From Pseudomonadota bacterium (GTDB lineage Bacteria > Desulfobacterota > Desulfovibrionia > Desulfovibrionales > Desulfomicrobiaceae), in assembly GCA_030529235.1 (NCBI GenBank), contig JAUMXF010000002.1:1-59248 (forward strand): a DNA stretch of 59,248 nucleotides, written 5' to 3'. The position numbers and the translations under genes are program-made. A model generated the notes under the pieces. That model did no database searches and was not told where the DNA came from. It saw nothing but the letters and a program-made list of their open reading frames with translations. Shown in pieces: positions 9,143-19,527 of the stretch (within the stretch, counting starts at the first letter, position 1; each line of letters begins with the position of its first letter).

Positions 9143-9286
9143 TTTCTCTTCCATCCGGACTGTGACCGTCGGCTCCGGTTTCTCACCGGATCTGCTGACC
9201 TCCCGAAATTACGGGAGCGCTCGCGGGCTTTCCGTCCGTGGACGGATTACCGCCGGTGGGGACTTCCACCCCGCCCTGAGAAAGGG
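9143..9286 (-). ncRNA. FMN riboswitch (RFN element)
   Basis: Minus strand contains CTCAGGGCGGGGTGGAAGTCCCCACCGGCGGT..AGCCCGCGAGC..CAGCAGATCCGGTGAGAAACCGGAGCCGACGGT.ACAGTCCGGATGGAAGAGA, the canonical RFN blocks, directly upstream of ribB. Confidence 0.97.
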
Positions 9287-9288
9287 AA

Positions 9289-9318
9289 ACGATGCTCCCC
9301 ATTCAAATGTGTTGTCAA
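9289..9318 (-). promoter_or_regulatory. Possible sigma70 promoter for the FMN riboswitch-ribB transcript
   Basis: TTGACA-N18-CATCGT places the start site at about the 5' end of the RFN element. The -10 is weak. Confidence 0.4.
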
Positions 9319-9506
9319 TGCATCCGTACATTCATGCCGGACAATCGCAGTCTGCCGGCAAGTCCCGGTGGCAGTGTCCCTTCTGGGGTGTATTTTCGTA
9401 CCCAGTCCGCCATTGCCTTCCACCGTCCATGGGCGTAACAGCCCGCTTTCCGCCACAGGGGCTTTTCCTTGTGGCTTTTTTTTCCACTCGTTACGAAGGA
9501 TGTGCC

Positions 9507-9953
9507 ATGATTCAGATACAGGCCGGAAGCTCTGTGGAGTCGCAATGCGGCAAATGCAAGACCGTCACGGATCATCATGTGGTGGCCATGGACGGGGATC
9601 AGGTGGCCAAGGTGGAATGCAAGGTCTGCGGCGCACGCCACGCCTACAAGCCGCCCAAATCCGCCGCGTCCGTTTCGGCCGCGCCGAAGGTGCGCTCTTC
9701 GCGGGCCGCTTCGCCCAAGGCCACGCCGTCCAAAGCACCCGTACCCCGGCGCACGCCGTCCGCGCTCTGGGAACAGTCAGTGGCCGGAGCGGCTTCGGTT
9801 CCTTATGACATGGCCGGAGTCTTTCAGGCCGGGGATGTCATCGAACATGCCGTCTTCGGGCTGGGCGCGGTCCAGAAGTTCATGCGCCCCAACACCATAG
9901 AAGTCCTGTTCGCCGACGGAGTGCGCAATCTGCGCTGCGGCGGGGGCCGCTAA
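9507..9953 (+). CDS. Hypothetical protein: Zn-ribbon, low-complexity linker and SH3/Tudor-like C-terminus
   Basis: CGKC..HH and CKVC..H motifs, an Ala/Pro/Ser/Lys-rich linker, then GDVIEHAVFGLGAV. AAGGA precedes the ATG. Ends 30 nt before typA. Confidence 0.75.
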   Translation: MIQIQAGSSVESQCGKCKTVTDHHVVAMDGDQVAKVECKVCGARHAYKPPKSAASVSAAPKVRSSRAASPKATPSKAPVPRRTPSALWEQSVAGAASVPYDMAGVFQAGDVIEHAVFGLGAVQKFMRPNTIEVLFADGVRNLRCGGGR

Positions 9954-9983
9954 AGACACTGCCGTTTTTTTGAAGGAGACACG

Positions 9984-11825
9984 ATGCAGCACAACGAAAA
10001 GACCAGAAATATAGCCATCATCGCCCACGTCGACCACGGAAAGACCACGCTGGTGGACGCCATGTTTCGCCAGTCCGGCGTGTTCAGGGAAAATCAGGCC
10101 GTGGACGACCGGGTCATGGATTCCATGGATCTGGAACGCGAGCGCGGCATCACCATCGCGGCCAAGAACTGTTCCGTGCGGTGGCGGGACGTGAAGATCA
10201 ACATCGTGGACACTCCGGGCCACTCCGATTTCGGCGGCGAGGTGGAGCGCGCCATGTCCATGGTGGACGGCGCGGTGCTGCTGGTGGACTCTTCCGAAGG
10301 CCCTCTGCCCCAGACCCGCTTCGTGCTGAAGAAAGCTCTGGACGCGGGGCTGCCCATCCTGGTGGTGGTGAACAAGATCGACCGCGCCGATGCCCGTCCC
10401 GGAGAAGTGCTGAACGAGGTCTACGACCTGTTCATCGACCTCGGTGCCGACGAGGACCAGCTGGAGTTTCCGGTTTTGTACGCCGTGGGCCGCGACGGCG
10501 TGGCCTCGCCGACGCTGGAGGAGCGCGGGGAGAACCTGCACTGCCTGTTCGATCTGATCGTGGACCGCATCCCCGGCCCGCTCTTCGATCCGGCCGCGCC
10601 CTTTCAGATGCTGGTCTCGGATCTGGGCTACTCGGACTATCTGGGACGCCTGATCATCGGCAAGATCAAGGCCGGGCGTCTGCAGGACAAGGCCGACCTG
10701 CTGTGCATGGGCGAGGGCGGGACCCAGACGCCCTTCCGGCCCACCAGAATCCAGGCCTACGAGGGGTTGCAGCTCGCGGATCAGCAGGAGGTGGAAATGG
10801 GCGACATTGTGGTCCTGGCCGGGCTGGATAAGGTATGCATCGGGGACACCATCTGCCTGAAGGAAAGCCCGGTGGTCCTGCCGCGCATCGATGTGGACGA
10901 GCCCACGGTGGCCATGCGTTTCACCATCAACACCTCGCCTTTTGCCGGACGCGAGGGCAAGATCGTGCAGTCGCGCAAGATCAAGGAGCGCCTGGAGAAG
11001 GAAGCCCTGACCAACGTGGCCATCCAGGTGGAGGAGAGTGAAGACAAGGACTTCATGATCGTCAAGGGCCGGGGGGAATTCCAGCTGGCCATCATCATCG
11101 AGACCATGCGCCGGGAAGGCTTCGAGCTGGGCGTGGGACGGCCCGAAGTCATCTACAGGAAGGAGGACGGCAGGCTGCTGGAACCCCTGGAGCGCGTCTA
11201 TGTGGACTGCGACGAGGCGTTCATGGGCGTGGTCACGGAAAAATTGTCCATCCGCCGGGGCAAGCTGGTCAACCTGTCCAACAACGGCGGCGGCCGGGCA
11301 AGGATGGAGTTTTCCGCGCCGTCGCGGGCCCTCATCGGCTACCGGGACGAATTTCTGACGGACACCAAGGGGACGGGAATCATGAATTCGCTGTTTGACG
11401 GCTACGGCGAGTACCGCGGCGACTTTCCGACCCGTTTTTCGGGCTCCCTCGTTTCGGACCGGCAGGGGCAGGCCGTGCCTTACGCCATCTTCAATCTGGA
11501 GCCGCGCGGACGGATGTTCGTGCAGCCCGGGGACGCCGTGTACGAGGGCATGATCATCGGCGAGCACAACCGGGATAACGATATCGATGTCAACCCCACC
11601 AAGGAAAAGAAGCTGACCAACCTCCGCGCCTCGGGCAAGGACGAGGCCATAATCCTGACGCCGGTCCTGCCCATGACCCTGGAAAAGGCGCTCAACTTCA
11701 TCCGCGACGATGAAATGGTGGAAGTTACGCCCCTCAATATCCGGCTGCGCAAGGTCGAACTTTCGGCACAAAAACGCCACACCATGTCGGCGCGGAAGAA
11801 AAAAGCGGATGGAAAACAAGGATAA
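9984..11825 (+). CDS. typA: Translational GTPase TypA/BipA
   Basis: RNIAIIAHVDHGKTTL, ERGITI, DTPGH, NKID and KKLTNLRASG motifs. Confidence 0.97.
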   Translation: MQHNEKTRNIAIIAHVDHGKTTLVDAMFRQSGVFRENQAVDDRVMDSMDLERERGITIAAKNCSVRWRDVKINIVDTPGHSDFGGEVERAMSMVDGAVLLVDSSEGPLPQTRFVLKKALDAGLPILVVVNKIDRADARPGEVLNEVYDLFIDLGADEDQLEFPVLYAVGRDGVASPTLEERGENLHCLFDLIVDRIPGPLFDPAAPFQMLVSDLGYSDYLGRLIIGKIKAGRLQDKADLLCMGEGGTQTPFRPTRIQAYEGLQLADQQEVEMGDIVVLAGLDKVCIGDTICLKESPVVLPRIDVDEPTVAMRFTINTSPFAGREGKIVQSRKIKERLEKEALTNVAIQVEESEDKDFMIVKGRGEFQLAIIIETMRREGFELGVGRPEVIYRKEDGRLLEPLERVYVDCDEAFMGVVTEKLSIRRGKLVNLSNNGGGRARMEFSAPSRALIGYRDEFLTDTKGTGIMNSLFDGYGEYRGDFPTRFSGSLVSDRQGQAVPYAIFNLEPRGRMFVQPGDAVYEGMIIGEHNRDNDIDVNPTKEKKLTNLRASGKDEAIILTPVLPMTLEKALNFIRDDEMVEVTPLNIRLRKVELSAQKRHTMSARKKKADGKQG

Positions 11826-11843
11826 ACGTTTTTTTCAAACAGC

Positions 11844-11859
11844 TGGCATGCCCTCTGCA
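11844..11859 (+). promoter_or_regulatory. Putative sigma54 (-24/-12) promoter
   Basis: TGGCATGCCCTCTGCA gives GG-N10-GC with TGGCAYG and TGCA flanks, intergenic 18 nt after the typA stop. Confidence 0.55.
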
Positions 11860-12059
11860 TATCTTTCTTGGCCGCGCCATTTCTGCCGGAATCAATTCCG
11901 CGGAAAGGGCACGGTCTGTTGCGGGGTGGCTTTTGCGGCGGTTTTCCGGACTCAACCCGGGCGGATGGCGGGTCCAGAGGGCCGAATTCCGGCCTGAGGC
12001 GAAGCCTCGGGTTTCGCGCAGCCCGCGTCCGCTCCAGCCAATTACCCGCGGGTGCGATC

Positions 12060-13451
12060 ATGAAGCGAAATCACGATGTCATCATTGTCGGCGGAGGACC
12101 GGCCGGGCTGTTCGCGGCCTTTCATCTGGCGGAACATTCGGATCTGAAGGTTCTTCTGCTTGAAAAGGGACGCGGAACCGGAACCCGCAACTGTCCCCTG
12201 ACCGGCGATCAGGACTGCGTACGCTGCAAGCCGTGTAACATTCTCTCCGGCATGGGCGGGGCCGGACTTTTCTCCGACGGCAAGCTCAATTTCATTCACA
12301 AGCTGGGCAAGACCGATCTGACCCAGTTCATGAGCGCCGGCCAGGCCATGGCCCTGATCGACGAAACCGAGGCCGTTTTCAATCGCTTCGGCATGGACGG
12401 GCAGGTCTACCCCACAGACATGGAAGCGGCCAGGGCCATCCGCAAGGACGCCCGCAAGTTCGGCATCGACCTGCTGGTCATCAGACAGAAGCATCTGGGC
12501 AGCGATAACCTGCCCGGCCACATCGCCGGCATGGTGGAGCATATCCGGTCCAGGGGCGTGACTGTGACCACGGGCGAGGAAGCTCTGGATATTCTGACTG
12601 AGAACGGCCGCGCGGCCGGGGTGGTCACAACCAGAGGCGAATACCGGGCGGACCGCGTCATCCTCGCTCCCGGCCGGGTGGGCGCGGAATGGATGGGGCA
12701 GCTGGCCCGCCGTCACGGTCTGGCCGTGACCCAGCGCGGCATCGAGGTGGGCGTGCGGGTGGAAGTGCACAACGAGATCATGCAGGATCTGTGTTCCATC
12801 ATCTACGACCCGACCTTTTTCATCCGCACCGGCAAGTACGACGATCTGACGCGGACGTTCTGCACCAATTACGGCGGTTTCATCGCCCAGGAAAACTATC
12901 AGGATTTCGTCTGCGTGAACGGCCACGCCTACATGGACACGAAATCCATGAACACCAACTTCGCCTTTCTGTCCAAGGTGGTGCTGAACGATCCGGTCAC
13001 GGACAACCAGTCTTACGGCGAATCCATCGGACGTCTGGCCACTCTCATCGGCGGGGGCAAGCCCATCCTGCAACGCTTCGGGGATCTGAAGCGCGGCCGC
13101 CGCTCCACCTGGAACCGCATCCGCAACAGCTACATCGAACCCACTCTCACAAAGGTGACCTGTGGAGACATCGCCATGGCTCTGCCGGAACGCATTCTGA
13201 CCAATCTGGTGGACGGGCTGGAGAAGCTCAATCTGGTGGTGCCGGGCGTGGCCAATGATGAAACACTTTTGTACGCGCCGGAGATCAAATTTTTCGCCAC
13301 CCAGGTGGAATGCGGGGAAAATCTGGAAACGGCCATCAGGGGGCTGTATGTGGCCGGAGACGGGCCGGGAGTTGCCGGAAACATTGTTTCGGCCGCCGCC
13401 ACGGGGCTTATTCCGGCCAAAAGCATCGCGGCTGAGGTACGACCTGCTTAG
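12060..13451 (+). CDS. FAD-dependent oxidoreductase (COG2509-like)
   Basis: IVGGGPAG Rossmann motif, GGAGLFSDGKL, GVRVE, RTFC, VNGH and YVAGDG. Confidence 0.88.
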   Translation: MKRNHDVIIVGGGPAGLFAAFHLAEHSDLKVLLLEKGRGTGTRNCPLTGDQDCVRCKPCNILSGMGGAGLFSDGKLNFIHKLGKTDLTQFMSAGQAMALIDETEAVFNRFGMDGQVYPTDMEAARAIRKDARKFGIDLLVIRQKHLGSDNLPGHIAGMVEHIRSRGVTVTTGEEALDILTENGRAAGVVTTRGEYRADRVILAPGRVGAEWMGQLARRHGLAVTQRGIEVGVRVEVHNEIMQDLCSIIYDPTFFIRTGKYDDLTRTFCTNYGGFIAQENYQDFVCVNGHAYMDTKSMNTNFAFLSKVVLNDPVTDNQSYGESIGRLATLIGGGKPILQRFGDLKRGRRSTWNRIRNSYIEPTLTKVTCGDIAMALPERILTNLVDGLEKLNLVVPGVANDETLLYAPEIKFFATQVECGENLETAIRGLYVAGDGPGVAGNIVSAAATGLIPAKSIAAEVRPA

Positions 13452-13666
13452 CGCCTCATTTTGATGTTTCGGTATCGCGGTATTGACAAATGCCGCGGCA
13501 AGTCTTTGTGTGTGCCATACACAGTATGTAGGACTGATTCAGGGCCGCTTGAAAAGCGGCGCTGCTCCACCCGCACGGCGGAAAAGAGCGGCATTTTTAC
13601 GGACCGGGGGCCGATGCCCGTAACGGTGCACATCGGCGGAAGACCGGTCATAGAAGGGAGTTCCCA

Positions 13667-16600
13667 ATGATGATGGATGACGAAACCCTCCAGATGTATG
13701 TGGAGGAAGCCTCCGAGCACCTCGGGGATATCGAGAACGATCTGCTGGCCATCGAGCAGGCCGGCCGGGACATAGACGAAGAACTGGTCAACAAGGTCTT
13801 CCGGGCCGCGCATTCCATCAAGGGCGGCGCGGGTTTTCTGGGTCTGACCAGGATCAAGGATCTCGGGCACAAGATAGAGAACGTTCTGGACATGATCAGG
13901 AACCGGGAACTGGCCCCTGATCCGGAAGTGGTCAACGTGGTGCTGCTGGCCTTCGACAAGCTCAGGGACATGATCCAGAACGTGGCCGAAAGCAATGACG
14001 CGGACATCGGCGAACACCTGGCGGCTCTGACCGCCGCCGCCGAAGGCTCCGTCGTGCGAGCGTCCGCCGCACCTGAGCAAAAAACCGCCTCGCCGTCTTC
14101 GCCGCCGCCCGCACCGTCCGCTTCCGGCGAAATGCTGGAAATCAGAAACCGGGCCGGAGAGGTGGCGCTGTCCGTGGACAGGACGGAGCTGGAACAGACC
14201 CGCAAGGGCGGCAAGACCGTTTATCTGCTGGAACTCGACGAGGAACGTGATGTGCGCGGCAAGGGCAAGACTTTGGCCGGCATCCGTGATTCCCTCGACT
14301 CCACGGGCACGATTCTGGCCGCGAGCGTCGATCTTTCCGCGCCGCTGTCTCCGGGTCAGAATTTTTACCTGCTTTTCGTTTCCATCATCGAGGACGATAT
14401 TCTGCCCGCGCTGCTGGATTTGCGCGCCGAGGCGGTCCTGACCATTCCGGCTCCTTCCGCCGCGCCAGCGGCTCCTGCGCCTTCCATTGTTCCGGAAGCC
14501 GCCGTAGCTCCCCCTGCGGTCTCCATGCCGGACGAATCCTCCGCGCCTGCAGCGGAAATGGCTGCGCCGCCCGCGCCGGAGCCTGCCGCCGTCAAGCCCG
14601 CGCCTGCCGCCCGGACAGAGGACGATGCCCGCGCCAAATCCACGCGTTCCGGCTCCCAGACAGAATCTTTGCGCGTGCATGTCAGTCTGCTCGAAGACCT
14701 CATGAATCTGGCGGGCGAGCTTGTCCTCAGCCGCAATCAGCTCATGCAGGCTATTTCCTCGAACGCTCCGCACCAGATCGAGGTCGCCGGGCAGCGTATC
14801 GATCTGGTCACTTCCGAGCTTCAGGAAACCATCATGCTCACGCGCATGCAGACCGTGGGCACCATCTTCAACAAGTTTCCGCGCGTGGTCCGCGATCTGG
14901 CCCGCAGTCTGGGCAAGGAGATCGACCTTCAGCTCGAAGGCACCGAGGTGGAACTGGACAAGACCATCATCGAAGGTCTTGGGGACCCGCTGACTCACCT
15001 GGTACGCAATTCCGCCGATCACGGCATCGAGCCGCCGGCCGAGCGCGCCGCGGCGGGCAAGCCGGCCACGGGCACCATTACGCTCAAGGCCTATCATGCG
15101 GCCGGGCAGGTCAACATTGAGATCGCCGATGACGGCCGCGGCCTGAATACCGAAAAAATACTGAACAAGGCCATGGAAAAGGGTCTGGTCACGCCGGAGC
15201 AGGCCAAATCCATGTCCGAGAAGGAAAAGGCCCAGCTCATTTTTCTGCCGGGCCTGTCCACGGCCGAGAAAGTGACCGACGTGTCCGGGCGCGGCGTGGG
15301 CATGGACGTGGTCAAGTCCAATCTGGACCAGCTCGGCGGACAGGTGGATATCGAGACCAGCCTGGGCATGGGCACCATCATCCGCATCAAACTGCCCCTG
15401 ACCCTGGCCATCATTCCGAGCCTGCTCGTGTCGGTGGGCGAGGAGCGCTTCGCCATCCCTCAGGTCAATGTGGACGAGCTGCTGTCCGTACCCGCGGCCC
15501 AGATCGGCGAGCGCATCGAGATGGTCGGCGACGCCGAAGTGCTGCTGCTGCGCGGTGAGCTCATCCCGCTGCTTTATCTGTCCACGGTGCTCGATCTGAA
15601 TACGGACGCCTGCCAAGCCGCCAAGGCGGTTCCGCGGCTGTTGGGCGGGAGTCCCGACAGCGGGGAAGAAGGCGCGGTGGAATGCCCGATGCGGGACATC
15701 AACCTTGTGGTGGTTTCGGCCGGACAGTTCCGGTACGGACTTGTGGTGGATCAGCTGCACGATTCCGTGGAGATCGTGGTCAAGCCTCTGGGCCGTCATT
15801 TCAAGGACTGCCAGGGCTACGCCGGTGCGACCATCATGGGCGACGGCCATGTGGCCCTGATTCTGGACGTGGCCGGACTGGGCCGGCTCGGAGAGCTGAA
15901 CCTGAGCCTTGAGCGGACGGTGCAGACCAAGGAGGAGGAAGCCAGGGACGACCAGGAAAAGATTTCCCTTTTCACCTTCCGCAACGCGCCCCAGGAATAC
16001 TGCGCCGTGCCGCTTGATCTGGTGGCGCGGGTGGAGCTCATCGACGCCTCGGAAATCGAGGAAGTGGGCGGCCGCCGCGTGATCAAGTACCGGGGCGGAA
16101 CCCTGCCGGTCTTTTCTCTGGATCAGGCTACCAACGTGAGCATGCTGGGGCAGAGCGGCGAACTTGTGGTCATCGTTTTTCTCATGGCCGGACACGAAAT
16201 CGGTCTTCTGGCCAAGGCTCCTGTGGACGCGGTGGAGGCCAGGGTGACCGTGGACACCTTCACCCTGAAACAGCCCGGCATCAGCGGTTCGGCCATCATC
16301 GGCGGGCATACGACCCTCATTGTGGACATTCACGAGTTGATCCAGACGGTCCAGCCGGACTGGTTCGCCGTGCGGGGCAGCATCGAAATCCCGGACGACG
16401 CCGGAGAGGTGGGCGTGCCGCATCTGCTGCTGGTGGAGGATTCGGACTTTTTCCGCAACCAGGTGAAAAAATTCATCGAGGATGACGGCTACACGGTGGA
16501 AACGGCGGCGGACGGCGCCATCGCCTGGTCCATGCTGACGGCCGAGCCGGAGAAATACGATCTGGTGGTCACGGACATCGAGATGCCGAATATGGACGGA

Positions 16601-16792
16601 TTCGAACTGACCCGCCTCATCCGGGCCGACGAACGCTTTTCCATGATGCCCGTCATGGCTCTGACTTCCCTTGCCGGGGAAGAGGACGTGGCCCGGGGCA
16701 AGGCCCTCGGCGTGGACGACTATCTGGTCAAGCTGGACAAGGAGCGTCTGTTGCAGGCCATTTATGACTGCCTGAAGCGGTACGCCTCGTAA
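13667..16792 (+). CDS. cheA: Hybrid chemotaxis histidine kinase (Hpt-P2-dimerisation-HATPase-2xCheW-REC)
   Basis: FRAAHSIKG, HLVRNSADHG, DDGRG and VSGRGVGMDVV motifs, two CheW-like segments, and a C-terminal receiver (LLVEDS, TDIEMP). Confidence 0.95.
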   Translation: MMMDDETLQMYVEEASEHLGDIENDLLAIEQAGRDIDEELVNKVFRAAHSIKGGAGFLGLTRIKDLGHKIENVLDMIRNRELAPDPEVVNVVLLAFDKLRDMIQNVAESNDADIGEHLAALTAAAEGSVVRASAAPEQKTASPSSPPPAPSASGEMLEIRNRAGEVALSVDRTELEQTRKGGKTVYLLELDEERDVRGKGKTLAGIRDSLDSTGTILAASVDLSAPLSPGQNFYLLFVSIIEDDILPALLDLRAEAVLTIPAPSAAPAAPAPSIVPEAAVAPPAVSMPDESSAPAAEMAAPPAPEPAAVKPAPAARTEDDARAKSTRSGSQTESLRVHVSLLEDLMNLAGELVLSRNQLMQAISSNAPHQIEVAGQRIDLVTSELQETIMLTRMQTVGTIFNKFPRVVRDLARSLGKEIDLQLEGTEVELDKTIIEGLGDPLTHLVRNSADHGIEPPAERAAAGKPATGTITLKAYHAAGQVNIEIADDGRGLNTEKILNKAMEKGLVTPEQAKSMSEKEKAQLIFLPGLSTAEKVTDVSGRGVGMDVVKSNLDQLGGQVDIETSLGMGTIIRIKLPLTLAIIPSLLVSVGEERFAIPQVNVDELLSVPAAQIGERIEMVGDAEVLLLRGELIPLLYLSTVLDLNTDACQAAKAVPRLLGGSPDSGEEGAVECPMRDINLVVVSAGQFRYGLVVDQLHDSVEIVVKPLGRHFKDCQGYAGATIMGDGHVALILDVAGLGRLGELNLSLERTVQTKEEEARDDQEKISLFTFRNAPQEYCAVPLDLVARVELIDASEIEEVGGRRVIKYRGGTLPVFSLDQATNVSMLGQSGELVVIVFLMAGHEIGLLAKAPVDAVEARVTVDTFTLKQPGISGSAIIGGHTTLIVDIHELIQTVQPDWFAVRGSIEIPDDAGEVGVPHLLLVEDSDFFRNQVKKFIEDDGYTVETAADGAIAWSMLTAEPEKYDLVVTDIEMPNMDGFELTRLIRADERFSMMPVMALTSLAGEEDVARGKALGVDDYLVKLDKERLLQAIYDCLKRYAS

Positions 16793-16934
16793 TTTTTAGG
16801 TCTCCCGCAGGCGCCACGGCAAAAGATATGTGCGTGCATTTTTTTGCATATTCAAAAATGTACGGAATCGGCTGCGTCATATGGAACAGTCTGATGAAGT
16901 GCCGCTAAACATTTCCAGGAAATGGAGAATGGAC

Positions 16935-18983
16935 ATGTCAATTCGGATGAAGATTGTTTTATTCTTTCTTGCTGTCGTTATTTTTTCTGTTGTCGGACTT
17001 TTTATTCTCTTTTTCAATCAGCAGGAGATGTATTCAAAATATGTCGATGAATTGAAGAACGATATTCTTCATCAGATTGAAGGCAATGCGGAGAAGATAA
17101 ATACATATTTTTCGTACAGTGAGAAGATAACTCTGGATCTGGCTTCTTCCGGAGAGCAGTTTCTGCGTGTAAATAAAAAATACAATGTCTCGGAAGAGGA
17201 AATCCAGAACTTCCTTGTCACTCTTGTCGGACGCCATCCTTCCATATCTGGAGGAGGCATATGGTTCGAACCATATGCTTTTTCTCCTGACAGAAAATAT
17301 TACAGTGTCTTCTCCTATTGGGAAAATGGAAAGGTCAAGACGACTCTGGAGTACAATCTGCCCGAATTCGACTACCAGAATCAGGACTGGTATCTCACCG
17401 GCCTGCCGAAGAACTGGGACAGAAGCGTCAAACGGGAAAAGAACATTTACTGGTCCGCGCCATACAAGGACCCGGTCAGTGATGTTTCCATGTTTTCTTT
17501 CATCGGCATCATGACCGGTGATGACCAGAAGATCATCGGCGTCTCCACGGTGGATGTCAGCCTGCAATATCTCGGCGATATTGTATCGAAGATCACTCCC
17601 ACGCCTTCCTCGAAGTCTTTTTCCGTGGACAGCGAGGGACATATTCTGGCCTATCCGGCGGAGCCGAAGCGCGTTCTGGGGCCGGTCCGGGATGTGGCCG
17701 GACTGGAAAGAGTCATGGATGTTGCGCCCGGAGAGTCCCGGATTTTTGAGGTAACGGAAAATGGCAGGGAATGGCTGATGTTTTATTCCCGTTCTGAAAA
17801 TGGAGTGGGGCTTGGCGTCAGCGTGCCCTCGGACGAGCTGCTGGCGAGCGCCAGGAAAATGGAGAAGGCGAGTATCTGGGTTATGGCTGGACTGACCTCA
17901 GCTCTTCTTATTTTGTCCTTCATTGTTTTTTATATGCAGGAGAGGGTGGTCATCCGTCCGCTGAACAGGCTGGCCCATGCCGCCGCACAGGTGGCCGCGG
18001 GCCGTCTGGATATGCGGCTTACCGATTTCCAGCGCGATGAAATCGGAATGGTGGCCAAAGCCATCGATGACATGACCGTCAGTCTGAAGAGCATGATTAC
18101 CGAAATCAGAACTGATGTGGAGCGGTTGACTTCTTCCTCGGAATCTCTGGCCGAAATCTCGGCGCAGGTGAGCAGCGGGGTCACGGTTGCTGCGGAGCGC
18201 ACCGGTCAGGTGGCCGTCGCCTCCGAGAACATGAGTGCCGATCAGGCTTCCGTGGCGGCGGCCATGGAGGAGGCGTCCATCAATATGAATACTGTGGCCG
18301 CGGCTACCGAGGAAATGAGTGCCACCATCGGGGAGATTGCGGCCAATTCCAGCAAGGCCCGTGAAATTACGAGACATGCCGTGGATCAGGCCAGAAGTTC
18401 TTCGGTCCGGGTGCACGAGCTGGGCGTGGCGGCCAACGAAATCAACAAGGTCACCGAGGCCATCACGGCCATATCATCGCAGACCAACCTGCTGGCCTTG
18501 AACGCCACCATCGAGGCCGCCCGTGCCGGAGAGGCAGGACGCGGGTTCGCCGTGGTGGCCAACGAAATCAAGGAGCTGGCTCAGCAGACGGCCCGGTCCA
18601 CGGAGGAAATCCAGAGCAAGATTCAGGATATCCAGCAGGCCACTCAGCTGGCCGTGGGTGAAATCGACCAGATTTCGGGCATTGTGACCGAAGTGGACGG
18701 CATTGTATCGACCATTGCCGCAGCGGTGGAGGAGCAGAGCGTGACCACGCGGGATATAGCGGGGAACGTGGGGCAGGCTTCTCTGGGACTGACCGAAGTC
18801 AATACCAATGTCAGCAGGAGTTCAGCCGCCGCCCGCGAAATCGCCGCTGATGTGGCCGATATCTCTGTGAAAGGTAACGAAATCCTCACGTCCAGCGAAC
18901 AGGTGAAGCTGAGTGCCGAGGATCTGGCAGATACCGCCGAAAATCTTAAAGTTCTGGTCGCCCGGTTCAGGCTGGAAGCGTGA
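16935..18983 (+). CDS. Methyl-accepting chemotaxis protein (dCache-HAMP-MCP signal)
   Basis: Two TM segments, Cache-type WY..WSAPY.D motifs, a HAMP segment (RPL..DEIG), and [27 protein letters not shown]. Confidence 0.93.
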   Translation: MSIRMKIVLFFLAVVIFSVVGLFILFFNQQEMYSKYVDELKNDILHQIEGNAEKINTYFSYSEKITLDLASSGEQFLRVNKKYNVSEEEIQNFLVTLVGRHPSISGGGIWFEPYAFSPDRKYYSVFSYWENGKVKTTLEYNLPEFDYQNQDWYLTGLPKNWDRSVKREKNIYWSAPYKDPVSDVSMFSFIGIMTGDDQKIIGVSTVDVSLQYLGDIVSKITPTPSSKSFSVDSEGHILAYPAEPKRVLGPVRDVAGLERVMDVAPGESRIFEVTENGREWLMFYSRSENGVGLGVSVPSDELLASARKMEKASIWVMAGLTSALLILSFIVFYMQERVVIRPLNRLAHAAAQVAAGRLDMRLTDFQRDEIGMVAKAIDDMTVSLKSMITEIRTDVERLTSSSESLAEISAQVSSGVTVAAERTGQVAVASENMSADQASVAAAMEEASINMNTVAAATEEMSATIGEIAANSSKAREITRHAVDQARSSSVRVHELGVAANEINKVTEAITAISSQTNLLALNATIEAARAGEAGRGFAVVANEIKELAQQTARSTEEIQSKIQDIQQATQLAVGEIDQISGIVTEVDGIVSTIAAAVEEQSVTTRDIAGNVGQASLGLTEVNTNVSRSSAAAREIAADVADISVKGNEILTSSEQVKLSAEDLADTAENLKVLVARFRLEA

Positions 18984-19032
18984 TCCGGCAGATTGCGGAT
19001 TCTCGTGAATTCCGGAAGATAAAGGAGATTCC

Positions 19033-19485
19033 ATGACACAGCACGTTCAGGAGCGCAGCGGTTCGTTTCAGCTGGCCTGTTTTTATGTGGGGTCGGCCCT
19101 GTGCGGCATCGACATCAACGTGATTCAGGAAATGAACAGACAGATGGCCATGACCAGAGTGCCCCAGGCCGCACAGCATGTGCTGGGCATCATGAACCTG
19201 CGCGGCCGTATCGTGACCATCATCGATCTTGGCCGCAAGCTGGGCCTGGCCTCGTCAAAGCGGACGGACACAAGCCGGATCATCATCGTCAATTCCCGCG
19301 AGGAAAACATCGGTTTCCTGGTGGACCGCATCAGCGACGTGGTCACGGCCAAATGGGAGGAAGTGGAGCCCACGCCGTCCAACATCAAGGGCGTGAGGGG
19401 CGCGTATTTCCGGGGTGTGTGCAAGGCAGGCAAGGAACTGGTCGCGATCCTGGACGTGGAAAAGGTGCTGGCCGAGGAGGCATGA
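19033..19485 (+). CDS. cheW: Chemotaxis coupling protein CheW
   Basis: TRVP..VLGIMNLRGRIVTIIDL and GFLVD motifs. AAGGAG precedes the start. Confidence 0.93.
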   Translation: MTQHVQERSGSFQLACFYVGSALCGIDINVIQEMNRQMAMTRVPQAAQHVLGIMNLRGRIVTIIDLGRKLGLASSKRTDTSRIIIVNSREENIGFLVDRISDVVTAKWEEVEPTPSNIKGVRGAYFRGVCKAGKELVAILDVEKVLAEEA

Positions 19486-19527
19486 GCGCCAGGGAAGTCG
19501 CCGTATGATGAATATGAGGATGGGGGC

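Noticed and set aside
9162-9506. N-terminal extension of the Zn-ribbon ORF given by the ORF track
   Set aside because: It runs antisense through the FMN riboswitch and its promoter. The ATG at 9507 has an RBS and begins at the domain.
11970-12025. Hammerhead ribozyme, SAM-I or c-di-GMP-I riboswitch
   Set aside because: Only fragments match (GAAAC on the minus strand, TCCAGAG, CCGGCCT). The CUGANGA core and the other invariant blocks are missing. Kept only as an unassigned structure.
14440-14640. Repeat-like Ala/Pro-rich DNA in cheA, and Lys/Ala/Glu-rich DNA in tolA
   Set aside because: These are ordinary low-complexity protein linkers, not tandem DNA repeats or CRISPR.
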